A stretch of DNA of 64,000 nucleotides from Acholeplasmataceae bacterium UBA2284 (GCA_002345705.1 DDWO01000023.1:69009-133008); one strand, 5' to 3'. Positions 50,037 through 60,398 are shown, counted from the stretch's first letter. Numbers and translations: made by a program. The notes: generated from the letters alone by a model not told the origin.

Positions 50037-50942
50037 ATGGACTATATTGTGAGAGTTGAAAATCTCGTCAAAAGCTATGGCGATGTTTTAGCGGTCAATG
50101 ATATTTCCTTTTCGGTGAGAAGAGGAAGTCTTTTTGCTTTTTTAGGACCAAATGGTGCAGGTAAGTCAACAACCATCAACATTATGACGACATTGCTAGA
50201 TGCTAATAGTGGAAGAGTTTACTTAAATGAACAAACTGATGATGTCTATTTTAGAAATAAAATTGGTGTGGTTTTTCAAAATAACGTTTTAGATAATGAC
50301 TTGACAGTCAAAGAAAACTTAATCTACCGTGGTTCCTTATATATGAATGATAAGAAACTTGTATTGAAAAGATATGAGGAGCTTAAATCATATTTAAACT
50401 TCGGTGAATTTGAAAATCAAAGATATAAAACACTATCAGGTGGACAAAAAAGAAGAGCTGAAATTGCTAGAGCTTTATTTTCTAATCCTGAGATACTTCT
50501 TTTGGATGAACCTACAACGGGATTAGATCCCGAAACTAGACAAATCGTCTGGAAGGTTATCGATGATTTAAAAAATAATCATGGAATGACTATATTTTTA
50601 ACAACTCATTATATGGAAGAAGCATCCAATGCTGACCATGTTGTGATTATCAATAAAGGAAAGATTGTTTGTGAAGGTACTCCTGCACAGCTGAAACAAA
50701 AATATAGCTATGATCGATTAAAGGTAGTTCCTTTCGACAAAAAAATAATGGCTGATTTTCTTTCCGCCAGTCAAAGACCATATGAAAAAATAGCTGATCA
50801 ATATATCATGGCTGTGGAAGATGCTAAGGATGCTATATCCTTAATTAATCAAATGAAGGATAATATAAAGCAGTTTGAAGTTTTAAAGGGAACGATGGAT
50901 GATGTATTCATCAATGTTGTAGGTGGTGAGCATAATGTATGA
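50037..50942 (+). CDS. ABC-2 type exporter ATP-binding protein
   Basis: GPNGAGKST, LSGGQ, LLLDEPTTGLD, TTHYMEEA; ATG 50037 follows SD GGGGT. Confidence 0.93.
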   Translation: MDYIVRVENLVKSYGDVLAVNDISFSVRRGSLFAFLGPNGAGKSTTINIMTTLLDANSGRVYLNEQTDDVYFRNKIGVVFQNNVLDNDLTVKENLIYRGSLYMNDKKLVLKRYEELKSYLNFGEFENQRYKTLSGGQKRRAEIARALFSNPEILLLDEPTTGLDPETRQIVWKVIDDLKNNHGMTIFLTTHYMEEASNADHVVIINKGKIVCEGTPAQLKQKYSYDRLKVVPFDKKIMADFLSASQRPYEKIADQYIMAVEDAKDAISLINQMKDNIKQFEVLKGTMDDVFINVVGGEHNV

Positions 50943-51828
50943 TTTATCAAATATGATTAAAAGAAATACCTTAATCTTTCTTAGAGATAAAACAGCAGTC
51001 TTCTTTTCGTTTCTAAGTGTTATTATTTTGCTTGCCCTATATTTCCTATTTATTGGAAGACAATATGTCGATGACTCAAACTTTGGTGACTTTGTTGTCA
51101 GCGATCAATTAAAAACCTTTTTATCAACCAGTGTTATTATGGGTGGTGTATTAGTAATCAATACCGTTTCACTTTCTCTAGGTGTCATGGGAAATGTCAT
51201 TACAGATTTAGAATATCGAAGACTAGATGGATTTTTAGTGACTCCAGTCAAACGGTATAAGATTATTTTAAGCTACTACATCACTTCTATTATGGTTACA
51301 TCAACCTTAACCATATTTATGTGGTTACTTACAGTTTTATACGTTGGTGTTTTTTCAGGATATTGGTATTCCTTCATGGTTATTATCAAAGCTTCTGGAT
51401 TAATTTTTCTATTTACATTTATTTCTGCGACTTTAATGATATTTCTCACAACCCTATTAAAATCTGTAAATGCATTTGGAACATTATCTGGTGTATTAGG
51501 AACATTGATAGGCTTCATATCAGGAATTTACATGCCGTTATTTGTTTTAGGTAAAGCAATGGCCAATGTCGCATCAATTGTTCCATTCACACATATGACC
51601 ATTCTATTAAAAAAGGTAATATTAGAAGAACCGTATGCTGCACTAGTATCTGAATCAGGATTTCCGGTTCAAGGAATACCTGAAATAGGAAAATTTTATG
51701 GAACCAATGAAATCGGAGTATTTGGTCATGATGTCAATATTTGGATATTGCTTGCAGCATCCACGTTACTTGGCTTTGGACTCCTTTGGATATCTTACAG
51801 AAATATGAATAAAAAAATGGGAAAATAA
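50935..51828 (+). CDS. ABC-2 type exporter permease
   Basis: F.RDK..VFFS, 6 TM helices, GFISGIYMP; overlaps the ATPase stop. Confidence 0.88.
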   Translation: MYDLSNMIKRNTLIFLRDKTAVFFSFLSVIILLALYFLFIGRQYVDDSNFGDFVVSDQLKTFLSTSVIMGGVLVINTVSLSLGVMGNVITDLEYRRLDGFLVTPVKRYKIILSYYITSIMVTSTLTIFMWLLTVLYVGVFSGYWYSFMVIIKASGLIFLFTFISATLMIFLTTLLKSVNAFGTLSGVLGTLIGFISGIYMPLFVLGKAMANVASIVPFTHMTILLKKVILEEPYAALVSESGFPVQGIPEIGKFYGTNEIGVFGHDVNIWILLAASTLLGFGLLWISYRNMNKKMGK

Positions 51829-51852
51829 AAATATAAATCAAATATTTTTCAC

Positions 51853-51883
51853 AAAAGAACTCTAAAAATAAGGGTTCTTTTTT
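51853..51883 (+). terminator. Intrinsic terminator
   Basis: aaaagaactct...agggttctttttt. Confidence 0.75.
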
Positions 51884-51886
51884 CTC

Positions 51887-51914
51887 TTTACATAAAGTTT
51901 ACATAAGCCTTACT
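51887..51914 (+). promoter_or_regulatory. Pho box (PhoP/PhoB direct repeats)
   Basis: TTTACA-N5-TTTACA-N5-CTTACT, 11-bp period, upstream of pstS; matches Firmicutes TT(A/T/C)ACA repeats. Confidence 0.8.
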
Positions 51915-51983
51915 TGTTCTTGGTTTCATCAAAAATCAAATTTCTATATAATCAACATGTAAAAGAAAATAAGGAGAATAAAA

Positions 51984-52913
51984 ATGAGAAAATTAATCAC
52001 TGTGTTCATGCTAGCATTTGTCTTAACATTAGCAGCTTGTACACCAAAAGAAGATTTTAAAATGGAATCAAAGATTACAGTTTATACAAGAGATACAACA
52101 TCAGGTACTCGTGATGGATTTATGAATGGTATTGGGTTTGCTGAAGCAGCAAAGAGTGATGATGTTCTAGTTACAGGATTTGTGATTAGAGATAACACAG
52201 CTCAGCTAAACGCGATGACAATTGATGAATATGGTATCGGCTACATTTCAACATCAAGCCTAAACGATTCAGTCAAAGGTTTATACTTTAACGGTGTTGC
52301 TCCCACAGAAGCAAATGTTATCAATAACACCTATGATTTAAAGCGTCCTTTTATGTGGATGGTCAGAGCAGATGGTGATTTCCCATCACAAACTGTCCAA
52401 GATTTAGTACATGCATTCGTAGCTTTCTTAGGTACAACAGATGCATCAGACATTATTAACAATGCTGGAGCAATCGCACTACCTTCATCAGTCACTTGGG
52501 ACTCAATTAAAGCAAACTATCCTATTACTCAACAAAACAATAGTACAGTAACTGTAAGATTTGGTGGATCAGACTCAATCCAAAAGGTAGCTGAAGCTCT
52601 AACAGCAGCATTTACAGCTAAAGCTGGTAACTTCGTTGCAGAGCATGATCATACAGGCTCTGGTGATGGTTGGAAGAGAACCAATGGTGACACTAAGGAT
52701 CAAACAGTTGGTAAAGATGTAGGATTCTCATCAAGACCATTTACTACATCAGAACTATCTAATGTAGTAGCTGATCAATACGGGCAACTAGCATGGGATG
52801 CTATTGTAGCAATCGTACATAAGAACAATCCAATTGATAATGTAACTGCAGATACACTAAAGAAAATTTATAATGGTACTTATCTAACTTGGGCTGACGT
52901 TCCTAACGAATAA
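51984..52913 (+). CDS. pstS: Phosphate ABC transporter binding lipoprotein (circularly permuted order)
   Basis: Lipobox LAAC; RDTTSGTR, IGYIS, Y.L.RPF, GGSDS, GSGDG, DVGFSSR, AWDAIVAIV; first gene of the pst operon. Confidence 0.9.
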   Translation: MRKLITVFMLAFVLTLAACTPKEDFKMESKITVYTRDTTSGTRDGFMNGIGFAEAAKSDDVLVTGFVIRDNTAQLNAMTIDEYGIGYISTSSLNDSVKGLYFNGVAPTEANVINNTYDLKRPFMWMVRADGDFPSQTVQDLVHAFVAFLGTTDASDIINNAGAIALPSSVTWDSIKANYPITQQNNSTVTVRFGGSDSIQKVAEALTAAFTAKAGNFVAEHDHTGSGDGWKRTNGDTKDQTVGKDVGFSSRPFTTSELSNVVADQYGQLAWDAIVAIVHKNNPIDNVTADTLKKIYNGTYLTWADVPNE

Positions 52914-52935
52914 AAAGTTGATTAAGAATTGTAAT

Positions 52936-52958
52936 AAGGGACTCAACACGAGTCCCTT
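52936..52958 (+). other. Stem-loop between pstS and pstC (probable mRNA stabiliser or partial terminator)
   Basis: aagggactc-aacac-gagtccctt. Confidence 0.65.
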
Positions 52959-52983
52959 GTTTCAGTAGAAAGGAATACATAAT

Positions 52984-53931
52984 ATGCAACAAACAATCAA
53001 GAAAAAATTCCAAAAAAATGCACTGATTGATATTACTGTTGAGCAAATCCTAAAAGGATTAGCTATTTTATCAGGATCATTTATCTTTATTATTGCAGGA
53101 GTTATTATCGCGAAGGGATTGACACCCTTTATTACAAACAATGGTGGGTTAGGAAATGTACCAGTACTTCCCTTTTTAGTTGGAGATACATGGCTTACTG
53201 GACCTACCTTTCAATCGAATTTGTATAGTGTCGGTTTTATTATTATCAGTACAATCTATGTAGTTTCACTCTCATTATTACTATCTTTTCCAATCGGTGT
53301 ATTAACAGCCCTTTTCATCGCTAAGATTGCACCAAAGAGACTCGCGGAAACACTAAGAACTGTCATTGAAATTTTAGCATCGATTCCATCTATTATTTAT
53401 GGTTTATTTGGCGCAGGTTTTGTATTAAAAATAGTTTATGACTTTAGTGCTATCTTAGGATATCAATCGAAGGGTGGTAACTCTGTTTTATCAACAGTAA
53501 TTATTCTAGCCTTAATGACAATTCCTACGATAACAACAATATCCGAGGTTTCGATTCGTTCAGTGGATAAAACATTAATTCACGGTTCTCTTGCTCTCGG
53601 TGCAAGCCCAACTCAAACCAATTTCAAGGTTGTATTAGCAGCCGCTAAATCTGGTATATTTACTTCAGCAATTCTTGGTGTTGGTAGAGCATTAGGTGAA
53701 GCAACTGCTGTTTCCTTAGTCGCTGGAGGAAGAAGATCTGGATTATCCTTTGATATTTTAGATACTACATCGACATTAACAACCACAATGCTTGAAGGAA
53801 TGAAGGAATCTGCAGGATTAGACTATAATATTAGATTCTCTGTTGGTTTAGTTTTAATGGTAGTCATCGTTTTAACAAACCTATCTTTAAATGCAATCAA
53901 GAGAAAGGTAGGTAACGTCAATGTTAAGTAA
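52984..53931 (+). CDS. pstC: Phosphate ABC permease
   Basis: EILASIPSIIYGLFG, SLALGA, LGVGRALGEATAV. Confidence 0.95.
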   Translation: MQQTIKKKFQKNALIDITVEQILKGLAILSGSFIFIIAGVIIAKGLTPFITNNGGLGNVPVLPFLVGDTWLTGPTFQSNLYSVGFIIISTIYVVSLSLLLSFPIGVLTALFIAKIAPKRLAETLRTVIEILASIPSIIYGLFGAGFVLKIVYDFSAILGYQSKGGNSVLSTVIILALMTIPTITTISEVSIRSVDKTLIHGSLALGASPTQTNFKVVLAAAKSGIFTSAILGVGRALGEATAVSLVAGGRRSGLSFDILDTTSTLTTTMLEGMKESAGLDYNIRFSVGLVLMVVIVLTNLSLNAIKRKVGNVNVK

Positions 53932-55129
53932 ACAAAAATCAAAGGATTTATTTCTACAAATCATTACCTATATGGCATCCTTCTTTAGCTTAGTTACGCT
54001 ATCCTTAATTGTATTCTATGTTGCATCCAACGGCTTAAAGCTTTTAAACATGGATTTAATCACCAATAATTATCAAGCATTTAATTATATCGCTGATACA
54101 AAGGATAACAATGTACTATGTAATTGTGATTCACCAATTACGATTCCAGTTAATACATATTATTCATCAAAATGGGGTATCGCACTAACCGATGGAATCG
54201 ATTTATTAGGTAAGAACATCGTTGAAGTTTATTATGTTCACCCGGATTCACCCTTAAATGAATTAATCAATAAGGGTACAGGAGAAGAAATGCTATATCT
54301 TGATACAGACTATAGCATTATTCGAATCGCTTATGAAGCGAGTGCATCTTCACTATCTCGTTATGGTGCTGAAAGAATGATAACGGAGCTTGATCTACAG
54401 GATGACTTTAGAGAGCTAGAGTTTACAACAACTGGCGGAGGAATTAGGGGATCCATTATTACAACTCTTTATTTAATTGGATTAACGCTAATCTTAGCAC
54501 TACCAATTGGTGTCGGAGCTGCAGTTTATCTTAACGAATATGCTAAAAATAATCGATTTACAAGACTTGTTCGATCTTTTATTGAAACATTAACTGGTGT
54601 TCCCTCTATTATTTACGGTTTAATGGGCTTAGCGATATTCGTTCCATTTATCGTCAATATTTCAGATGCTACTGGAGGAAATATCATATCCGGTGCGATG
54701 ACACTAGCAGTAATCCTTCTTCCAGTAGTCATCAGAACCACAGAGGAAAGCTTAAAGGTTGTTCCTGATGATTATAGATATGCATCTCTTGCTTTAGGTG
54801 CTAGTAAATCGCAAACGACATTTAATGTGATCTTACCCAATGCTTTTCCAGGAATTCTAACTGCGACTCTTCTTGCAATCGGTAGAATTATCGGGGAAAG
54901 TGCTGCACTTGTATTTGCAATTGGTACTGCAATAAAGGATGATGTCTCTTTAACAGGTCAATCGACATCCCTTGCAGTTCATATTTGGTCAATGATGGCA
55001 GATGAACCAGCAAATATAGAACTGTCGACAACAATCGCATTAATCATCTTACTGATTGTACTTATCTTAAATTTATCCATTAAATTCATTTCTAAAAATT
55101 ATATGAAAAGGTTCGGTGTAACATCATGA
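53921..55129 (+). CDS. pstA: Phosphate ABC permease with extra soluble domain
   Basis: [36 protein letters not shown]. Confidence 0.93.
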   Translation: MLSKQKSKDLFLQIITYMASFFSLVTLSLIVFYVASNGLKLLNMDLITNNYQAFNYIADTKDNNVLCNCDSPITIPVNTYYSSKWGIALTDGIDLLGKNIVEVYYVHPDSPLNELINKGTGEEMLYLDTDYSIIRIAYEASASSLSRYGAERMITELDLQDDFRELEFTTTGGGIRGSIITTLYLIGLTLILALPIGVGAAVYLNEYAKNNRFTRLVRSFIETLTGVPSIIYGLMGLAIFVPFIVNISDATGGNIISGAMTLAVILLPVVIRTTEESLKVVPDDYRYASLALGASKSQTTFNVILPNAFPGILTATLLAIGRIIGESAALVFAIGTAIKDDVSLTGQSTSLAVHIWSMMADEPANIELSTTIALIILLIVLILNLSIKFISKNYMKRFGVTS

Positions 55130-55893
55130 CAATAGAAAATAACATTGTTTTCAATATCGAAAACTTAAATCTATTCTACGGAGAAACCCAAGCATTGAAA
55201 AGCATTAATCTACAAATTTATGAAAAAGAAGTTACTGCATTGATTGGGCCAAGCGGCTGTGGCAAATCCACGTTTCTTAGAGCACTCAATCGTATGAATG
55301 ACTTAATAGAAAACTGTAAAATTGATGGTGATATTAACTATCACCTAGAAAACATATATAATAGAGGTATAGATGTTATTGGACTAAGAAAAAGAGTAGG
55401 CATGGTCTTTCAGAAGCCAAATCCATTTCCAATGAGTATCTATGACAACATTACCTATGGACCTAAATGCCAAGGCATTAAGGATAAAGCGGAATTAAAA
55501 CAAATTGTCGAAGAATCCTTAAAGCAAGCTGCATTATGGGATGAAGTGAAAGATAGACTAAAAGAATCTGCATTATCTCTATCTGGTGGTCAACAGCAAA
55601 GATTATGCATCGCTAGAACGATAGCAATGAAGCCTGAAGTCATCTTAATGGATGAACCAACTTCAGCGCTAGATCCTGTTGCTACAGCTAAAATCGAAGA
55701 CTTAATCATTGAATTGAAAAAGAATTACACGATCATTATCGTGACACACAATATGCAGCAGGCTGCAAGAATATCAGATAAAACAGCGTTTTTCCTACTC
55801 GGTGAAATTGTTGAATATGGAGACACATCCTACATATTCTCAACACCTGATCACAAAAAGACTGAAGAATATATAACCGGACGATTCGGTTAA
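55126..55893 (+). CDS. pstB: Phosphate ABC ATP-binding protein
   Basis: [45 protein letters not shown]. Confidence 0.97.
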   Translation: MTIENNIVFNIENLNLFYGETQALKSINLQIYEKEVTALIGPSGCGKSTFLRALNRMNDLIENCKIDGDINYHLENIYNRGIDVIGLRKRVGMVFQKPNPFPMSIYDNITYGPKCQGIKDKAELKQIVEESLKQAALWDEVKDRLKESALSLSGGQQQRLCIARTIAMKPEVILMDEPTSALDPVATAKIEDLIIELKKNYTIIIVTHNMQQAARISDKTAFFLLGEIVEYGDTSYIFSTPDHKKTEEYITGRFG

Positions 55894-55917
55894 TATGCTA
55901 TAATGGAGGCAATAAAG

Positions 55918-56580
55918 ATGACACTAAGACAATCATTAATGAATTCAATTGAGGATTTAAAAAGAGAAGTTGCTAATATGGCTGACCTAGCCTTAGCAAA
56001 CCTAAGAGAAGGATTAAAGGCTTTTAAAACAACGGATTTAAAGCTAGCTAAGGAAGTCATGGCTAAGGATGATGAAGTTGATAAATACGAAGAAGAAATA
56101 GCAAAAAAGGCATTAAAGATTATATGGAAGGAACAGCCTGTAGCAAGTGATCTTAGATTAGTTACAGGAATTCTTAAGCTCATTACAGATCTAGAACGCA
56201 TTGGTGATCATGCCAGTGATATTGCAGAAATGACATTGCATCTAGAGGATAATAGAAATCAACGTATGCTACCTATCACATCAAAAATGGCTGAAATTGT
56301 AGAACAAATGGTTTTATCAAGTATTCAAGCTTTAGTTAAAGTTGATGTAGTAAAGGCACGTGAAGTTATTCAAGAAGATGATGAAGTAGATGCACTATTC
56401 CAACAATTAATTCAGAAAATGACCAATGAATTAAAAAATGATAAACTAGATCCAAATGAAGCAATATATGTTTTAATGGTAGCCAAATATTTTGAAAGAG
56501 TTGGAGATCATGCAGTCAATATAGCAGAATGGATTATATTTATGGTCAGTGGTAAACATAAAAATACTTTATTATTTTAG
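55918..56580 (+). CDS. phoU: Phosphate signalling protein PhoU
   Basis: QPVASDLR, DLERIGDH, ERVGDHAVNIAEW; SD GGAGG at 55905-55909 favours ATG 55918. Confidence 0.95.
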   Translation: MTLRQSLMNSIEDLKREVANMADLALANLREGLKAFKTTDLKLAKEVMAKDDEVDKYEEEIAKKALKIIWKEQPVASDLRLVTGILKLITDLERIGDHASDIAEMTLHLEDNRNQRMLPITSKMAEIVEQMVLSSIQALVKVDVVKAREVIQEDDEVDALFQQLIQKMTNELKNDKLDPNEAIYVLMVAKYFERVGDHAVNIAEWIIFMVSGKHKNTLLF

Positions 56581-56588
56581 GAGGATTT

Positions 56589-57251
56589 ATGCCAGTAATC
56601 TATTATGTAGAAGATGATCAAGCAATTGGATATGTGATTGAAAAAACAATTAATCATTCAGGAATGATCGGTAAGGGATTTCAAAAAGGTGAACTTTTTT
56701 TAGCTGCATACCAAAAGGAAAAACCTGATTTGATTTTATTAGATGTGATGCTACCTGATATTTCAGGCTTAGAGCTTCTAAAATCGATAAGAAAAGTTGA
56801 TAAAGAAACACCAATCATGATGATCTCAGCCTTACAAAGTGAAATGGATAAAGTCATCGCTTTGGACCTAGGTGCAGATGATTATATGACGAAGCCATTC
56901 GGTGTTTTAGAGCTAACATCTAGAATTCAATCCAAGCTTAGAAAAAGAGCAGATGAAAAAGTATATCAGCTCAATAATGTTATATTAGATGATAAAAAGC
57001 ATCTATGTTTTATGGATGACAAAGAAGTTTATTTAACAAACAAAGAGTTTTCTATACTTAAATTATTACTTAAAAACAAGGGAGTAGTTGTCACTAAGGA
57101 AGCAATTTTTAAGGATGTATGGGAGACAGATTTTATTGGTGAAACTAGAACTTTAGATATGCACATCAAGTCACTTCGTGAGAAACTAAACCAAAATCAA
57201 GCGGAAATAGAGATAAAAACAATTCGCGGAATAGGATATCAAGTCGAATGA
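56589..57251 (+). CDS. phoP: OmpR-family response regulator (PhoP/PhoB)
   Basis: VEDD, LLDVMLPD, GADDYMTKPF, RTLDMHIKSLR, TIRGIGY; pst context. Confidence 0.88.
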   Translation: MPVIYYVEDDQAIGYVIEKTINHSGMIGKGFQKGELFLAAYQKEKPDLILLDVMLPDISGLELLKSIRKVDKETPIMMISALQSEMDKVIALDLGADDYMTKPFGVLELTSRIQSKLRKRADEKVYQLNNVILDDKKHLCFMDDKEVYLTNKEFSILKLLLKNKGVVVTKEAIFKDVWETDFIGETRTLDMHIKSLREKLNQNQAEIEIKTIRGIGYQVE

Positions 57252-58936
57252 AGAGTACACTAATCAGAAACAATATAATCCTTTTACTAAGCGCTTTTAT
57301 GTTGTTTTTTATTATTGTCTTTTTTTCTTTGAACTTCTTCGAAAGAAGCAATCAAGAAGATTTAATGAACTTTGTAATCGATGAAGTTGAATTAGCCTAT
57401 AACAATTTCCCTGGAACTCCAAGTGAATTTGTTGAGGCATATGAAAGTGATAATGATCGAAGAATTACGATTTTAGATGAGAATGCAATTGTGATCAAAG
57501 ACTCACATGATGATACCGTTGGAACTGATAAAAGTGAAAGACCTGAGATTAGAAATCTAGGCACTGTTTATACGAGAACATCAGATACAATCAATGTTAA
57601 TCTCTTGTATATCGCAAGAAGATTAGATGATAATAATTACTTAAGAGTTGCAATTCCTGTTGAGTCAAAGCAGGCTTCCTATAACTCGGTTATTCTTGTT
57701 TTAGTCTTAACATCCGCAGGATTTATTGCTATCTTTTATATAGGATTAACACAGCTCAGTAAGAATTTATTAATCCCATGGAATAAGGTTAAAGAAGGCC
57801 TTAAAAATGTAAATGAAGGCAACGTTCAAATGATCTCCTTAAACAGTCCGTATCCTGAAATTAATGACATTATTCATGAAATCAATGGAATCAATTTGTC
57901 TACGTTAAGACACTTAAAATCGATAGAATCTTATCAGATTCAATTGAATGAAATTCTAAATGAACTCAAGCAGGGTGTCATGCTCTTTAATAAAGATGAA
58001 CTGCTCGTCTATTTCAATGATGATGCGAAATCAATATTCAATTTAGATGAAGAAGCATATATGAAGCCAAGCTATTATTCAATACGTGACGCTCAAATTA
58101 GAGACGCAGTAACTAAAGCGAACATTGAGCATCAGCCGTCAACATTTGATTCGAAAATTGATGCGAAAACTATGGAAGTTAGAATATTCTTTGTGAATGC
58201 ACAGGGGTTTAATCACACGGAAGCTACTGTTCTCGCATTATTCAAGGATGTAAGTCAGGAGCGTGCAATCGAACAAATGAAGCGTGATTTCTTCTCTCAT
58301 GCATCTCATGAGCTCAAATCACCTTTAACTGCAATCAGAGGATACGCTGAGCTAATCGAACATGGCTTAATCAAGCCTGATGAAGTGAAGGATTCCTCAC
58401 ATCAAATCGTCAAGCAAACAGAAACCATGGCTGCACTCGTAGAAGACATGCTAATGCTATCTAGATTAGAGAATTTAAAGGAAAAGGTATATTCCAAACA
58501 AGACCTAAATCAAATATTATCAACAGTCATTGATGCACAGTCACAGTTTGCAATATCAAAAAACATCAATTTAATTACACTATCTAAATCAATTCATGTC
58601 ATGTGTGATCCGCTAGATATTCAAAAGCTATTTAAAAACCTAATAGAAAATGCAATTAAGTATAGTGATCCAAATAAAAAAGTGGAAATTACATTGGATC
58701 AAATAGAAAAAGAAATCATCTTTATCGTTAAAGACCAAGGATATGGCATTGAGCCAGAGCACCAACAAAGAGTTTTTGAAAGATTCTTTAGGGTTGATAA
58801 AGGAAGACTTGATGGTGGTACTGGCTTAGGGCTTGCTATTGTTAAGCATATCGCATTAAAATATGATGGCTCAGTTGAACTCCAATCGACATTAAGAAAA
58901 GGCACTAAAATCACTGTTAAGCTTAAAATGAACTAA
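57248..58936 (+). CDS. phoR: Sensor histidine kinase (PhoR)
   Basis: Two TM helices, PAS-like region, SHELKSPL, NLIENAIKY, DQGYGI, FERFFRVDK, GGTGLGLAIVKH. Confidence 0.9.
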   Translation: MKSTLIRNNIILLLSAFMLFFIIVFFSLNFFERSNQEDLMNFVIDEVELAYNNFPGTPSEFVEAYESDNDRRITILDENAIVIKDSHDDTVGTDKSERPEIRNLGTVYTRTSDTINVNLLYIARRLDDNNYLRVAIPVESKQASYNSVILVLVLTSAGFIAIFYIGLTQLSKNLLIPWNKVKEGLKNVNEGNVQMISLNSPYPEINDIIHEINGINLSTLRHLKSIESYQIQLNEILNELKQGVMLFNKDELLVYFNDDAKSIFNLDEEAYMKPSYYSIRDAQIRDAVTKANIEHQPSTFDSKIDAKTMEVRIFFVNAQGFNHTEATVLALFKDVSQERAIEQMKRDFFSHASHELKSPLTAIRGYAELIEHGLIKPDEVKDSSHQIVKQTETMAALVEDMLMLSRLENLKEKVYSKQDLNQILSTVIDAQSQFAISKNINLITLSKSIHVMCDPLDIQKLFKNLIENAIKYSDPNKKVEITLDQIEKEIIFIVKDQGYGIEPEHQQRVFERFFRVDKGRLDGGTGLGLAIVKHIALKYDGSVELQSTLRKGTKITVKLKMN

Positions 58937-58940
58937 AAAA

Positions 58941-58963
58941 AAGGGCGTTCAATGAACGTCCTT
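58941..58963. terminator. Bidirectional terminator between phoR and tRNA-Trp
   Basis: aagggcgttca-a-tgaacgtcctt with an A tract on the left. Confidence 0.75.
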
Positions 58964-58974
58964 CAATTTTCAAA

Positions 58975-59049
58975 TGGCAGGGGTAGCAGGATTCGAACCC
59001 GCACCGACGGTTTTGGAGACCGGTATGCTACCGTTGACACTATACCCCT
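58975..59049 (-). tRNA. tRNA-Trp (CCA)
   Basis: Reverse complement AGGGGTA-TA-GTGTCAACGGTAGCAT-A-CCGGT-CTCCAAA-ACCGT-CGGT-GCGGG-TTCGAAT-CCTGC-TACCCCT-G-CCA. Confidence 0.96.
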
Positions 59050-59116
59050 AAGCGCATTTATAAGTATAGCATAATAAAAACATGAATTGCAATCTAATTA
59101 GAAAAAAAGATGGAAA

Positions 59117-60085
59117 TTACTTTCCATCATTCTTATATTCAATATCTTTAAATATCGGTTCTGCATTAACTTCCTTAACTTTACCATCTTTTGATTGATA
59201 TTTTTTTTCTTGAAGCTTTGCTTTTACAAACTTATGAAAGAATAAAACATATGTGAGGACACCAACGATTAAGACATAGATTGTCATTGTTCTCCATATT
59301 AAATAGTTGAATTCACTTAAATCGCCACGTTCAGTCACTAAATCGAATAATGCTAACTCGTCAGCTGTAGGTTTATCCCCTGCAAATTGCTTAGATAATT
59401 GAAAATCAAGAGGTTCAAGTGCGAGTGTATCAGTCTTATTGAATGCAGCTTCGCTAATGATTTCATCAGATCCCAAGAAGAGAAGTGAATCATTATAAAC
59501 CAATGCATTATTAGTATCTACACTACCATTCGAATATGCAATAGAGATTCTATCAATATTTGCATAAATATCCTCATCTTTGACCTTTAGATAATCTTCC
59601 TTAAATAGCAAGAAAACAGTAGGAGCATATGAGTAAGGGAATGGTTTTGCTGGATCAAAGAGTACTGTAGCTGTACTAATCAAGTCATCACCGCTCTTAT
59701 AAGTACTTTGATTCAAGGTCACTGTGATTTTTAATTTTGGATGAACGACTAATTCATTATCTTCATAAATTTTAACATTATTAATATAAATCATCATACC
59801 ATCATAAAGTTCATTATTTAATGTAACTCCAATTGCATAAATACTTACTGTCAATTGATGGTTGCCTTCATTTTGAATATATTGGTAAACTGCAGAATTG
59901 GAATAGTAATCAATTCCCATGACCGTGTTTATACCTTTTAGGTATGTCTGCGCATCATCGAGATGTTCCTCCATATATTCTGAGTAATAAACTTCTAACC
60001 TAGAATAGTTTGCACTTCCATAGACATAGAGGGTTGCTATGGATATAATCATTAAGTAGAAGAATCTAATAAGCCACTTTAGCAT
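59117..60085 (-). CDS. Hypothetical membrane protein (N- and C-terminal TM helices, soluble middle domain)
   Basis: 322-aa ORF with SD-like AAGGCGGG; no family recognised. Confidence 0.7.
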   Translation of the reverse strand: MLKWLIRFFYLMIISIATLYVYGSANYSRLEVYYSEYMEEHLDDAQTYLKGINTVMGIDYYSNSAVYQYIQNEGNHQLTVSIYAIGVTLNNELYDGMMIYINNVKIYEDNELVVHPKLKITVTLNQSTYKSGDDLISTATVLFDPAKPFPYSYAPTVFLLFKEDYLKVKDEDIYANIDRISIAYSNGSVDTNNALVYNDSLLFLGSDEIISEAAFNKTDTLALEPLDFQLSKQFAGDKPTADELALFDLVTERGDLSEFNYLIWRTMTIYVLIVGVLTYVLFFHKFVKAKLQEKKYQSKDGKVKEVNAEPIFKDIEYKNDGK

Positions 60086-60212
60086 GAGTATTCCCGCCTT
60101 TCTAGAATAGGATACAAGAAATCAAAAGAATTCACAACTAATTCTAAAAAATTACATAATTTCACTTTACAAAAACGAATATTATTGTATAATAGTAATT
60201 GCGCTATCACAC

Positions 60213-60289
60213 GGCGGCCGTGGCGAAGCGGTTAACGCATCGGATTGTGGCTCCGACACTGGAGGGTTCAACTCCCTTCGGCCGCCCCA
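60213..60289 (+). tRNA. tRNA-His (GTG)
   Basis: Cloverleaf with encoded G-1, anticodon arm TCGGA-TTGTGGC-TCCGA, C73 and CCA; upstream TTTACA/TATAAT promoter at 60166-60193. Confidence 0.96.
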
Positions 60290-60300
60290 CTTCTTAAGAT

Positions 60301-60374
60301 AGGCCCATAGCCAAGGGGTAAGGCAAGGGACTTTGACTCCCTCATCGTTGGTTCAAATCCAGCTGGGCCTGCCA
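60301..60374 (+). tRNA. tRNA-Gln (TTG)
   Basis: AGGCCCA/TGGGCCT acceptor stem; AGGGA-CTTTGAC-TCCCT; encoded CCA. Confidence 0.96.
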
Positions 60375-60398
60375 TCTTAATACATTAAGCTCTATTAT

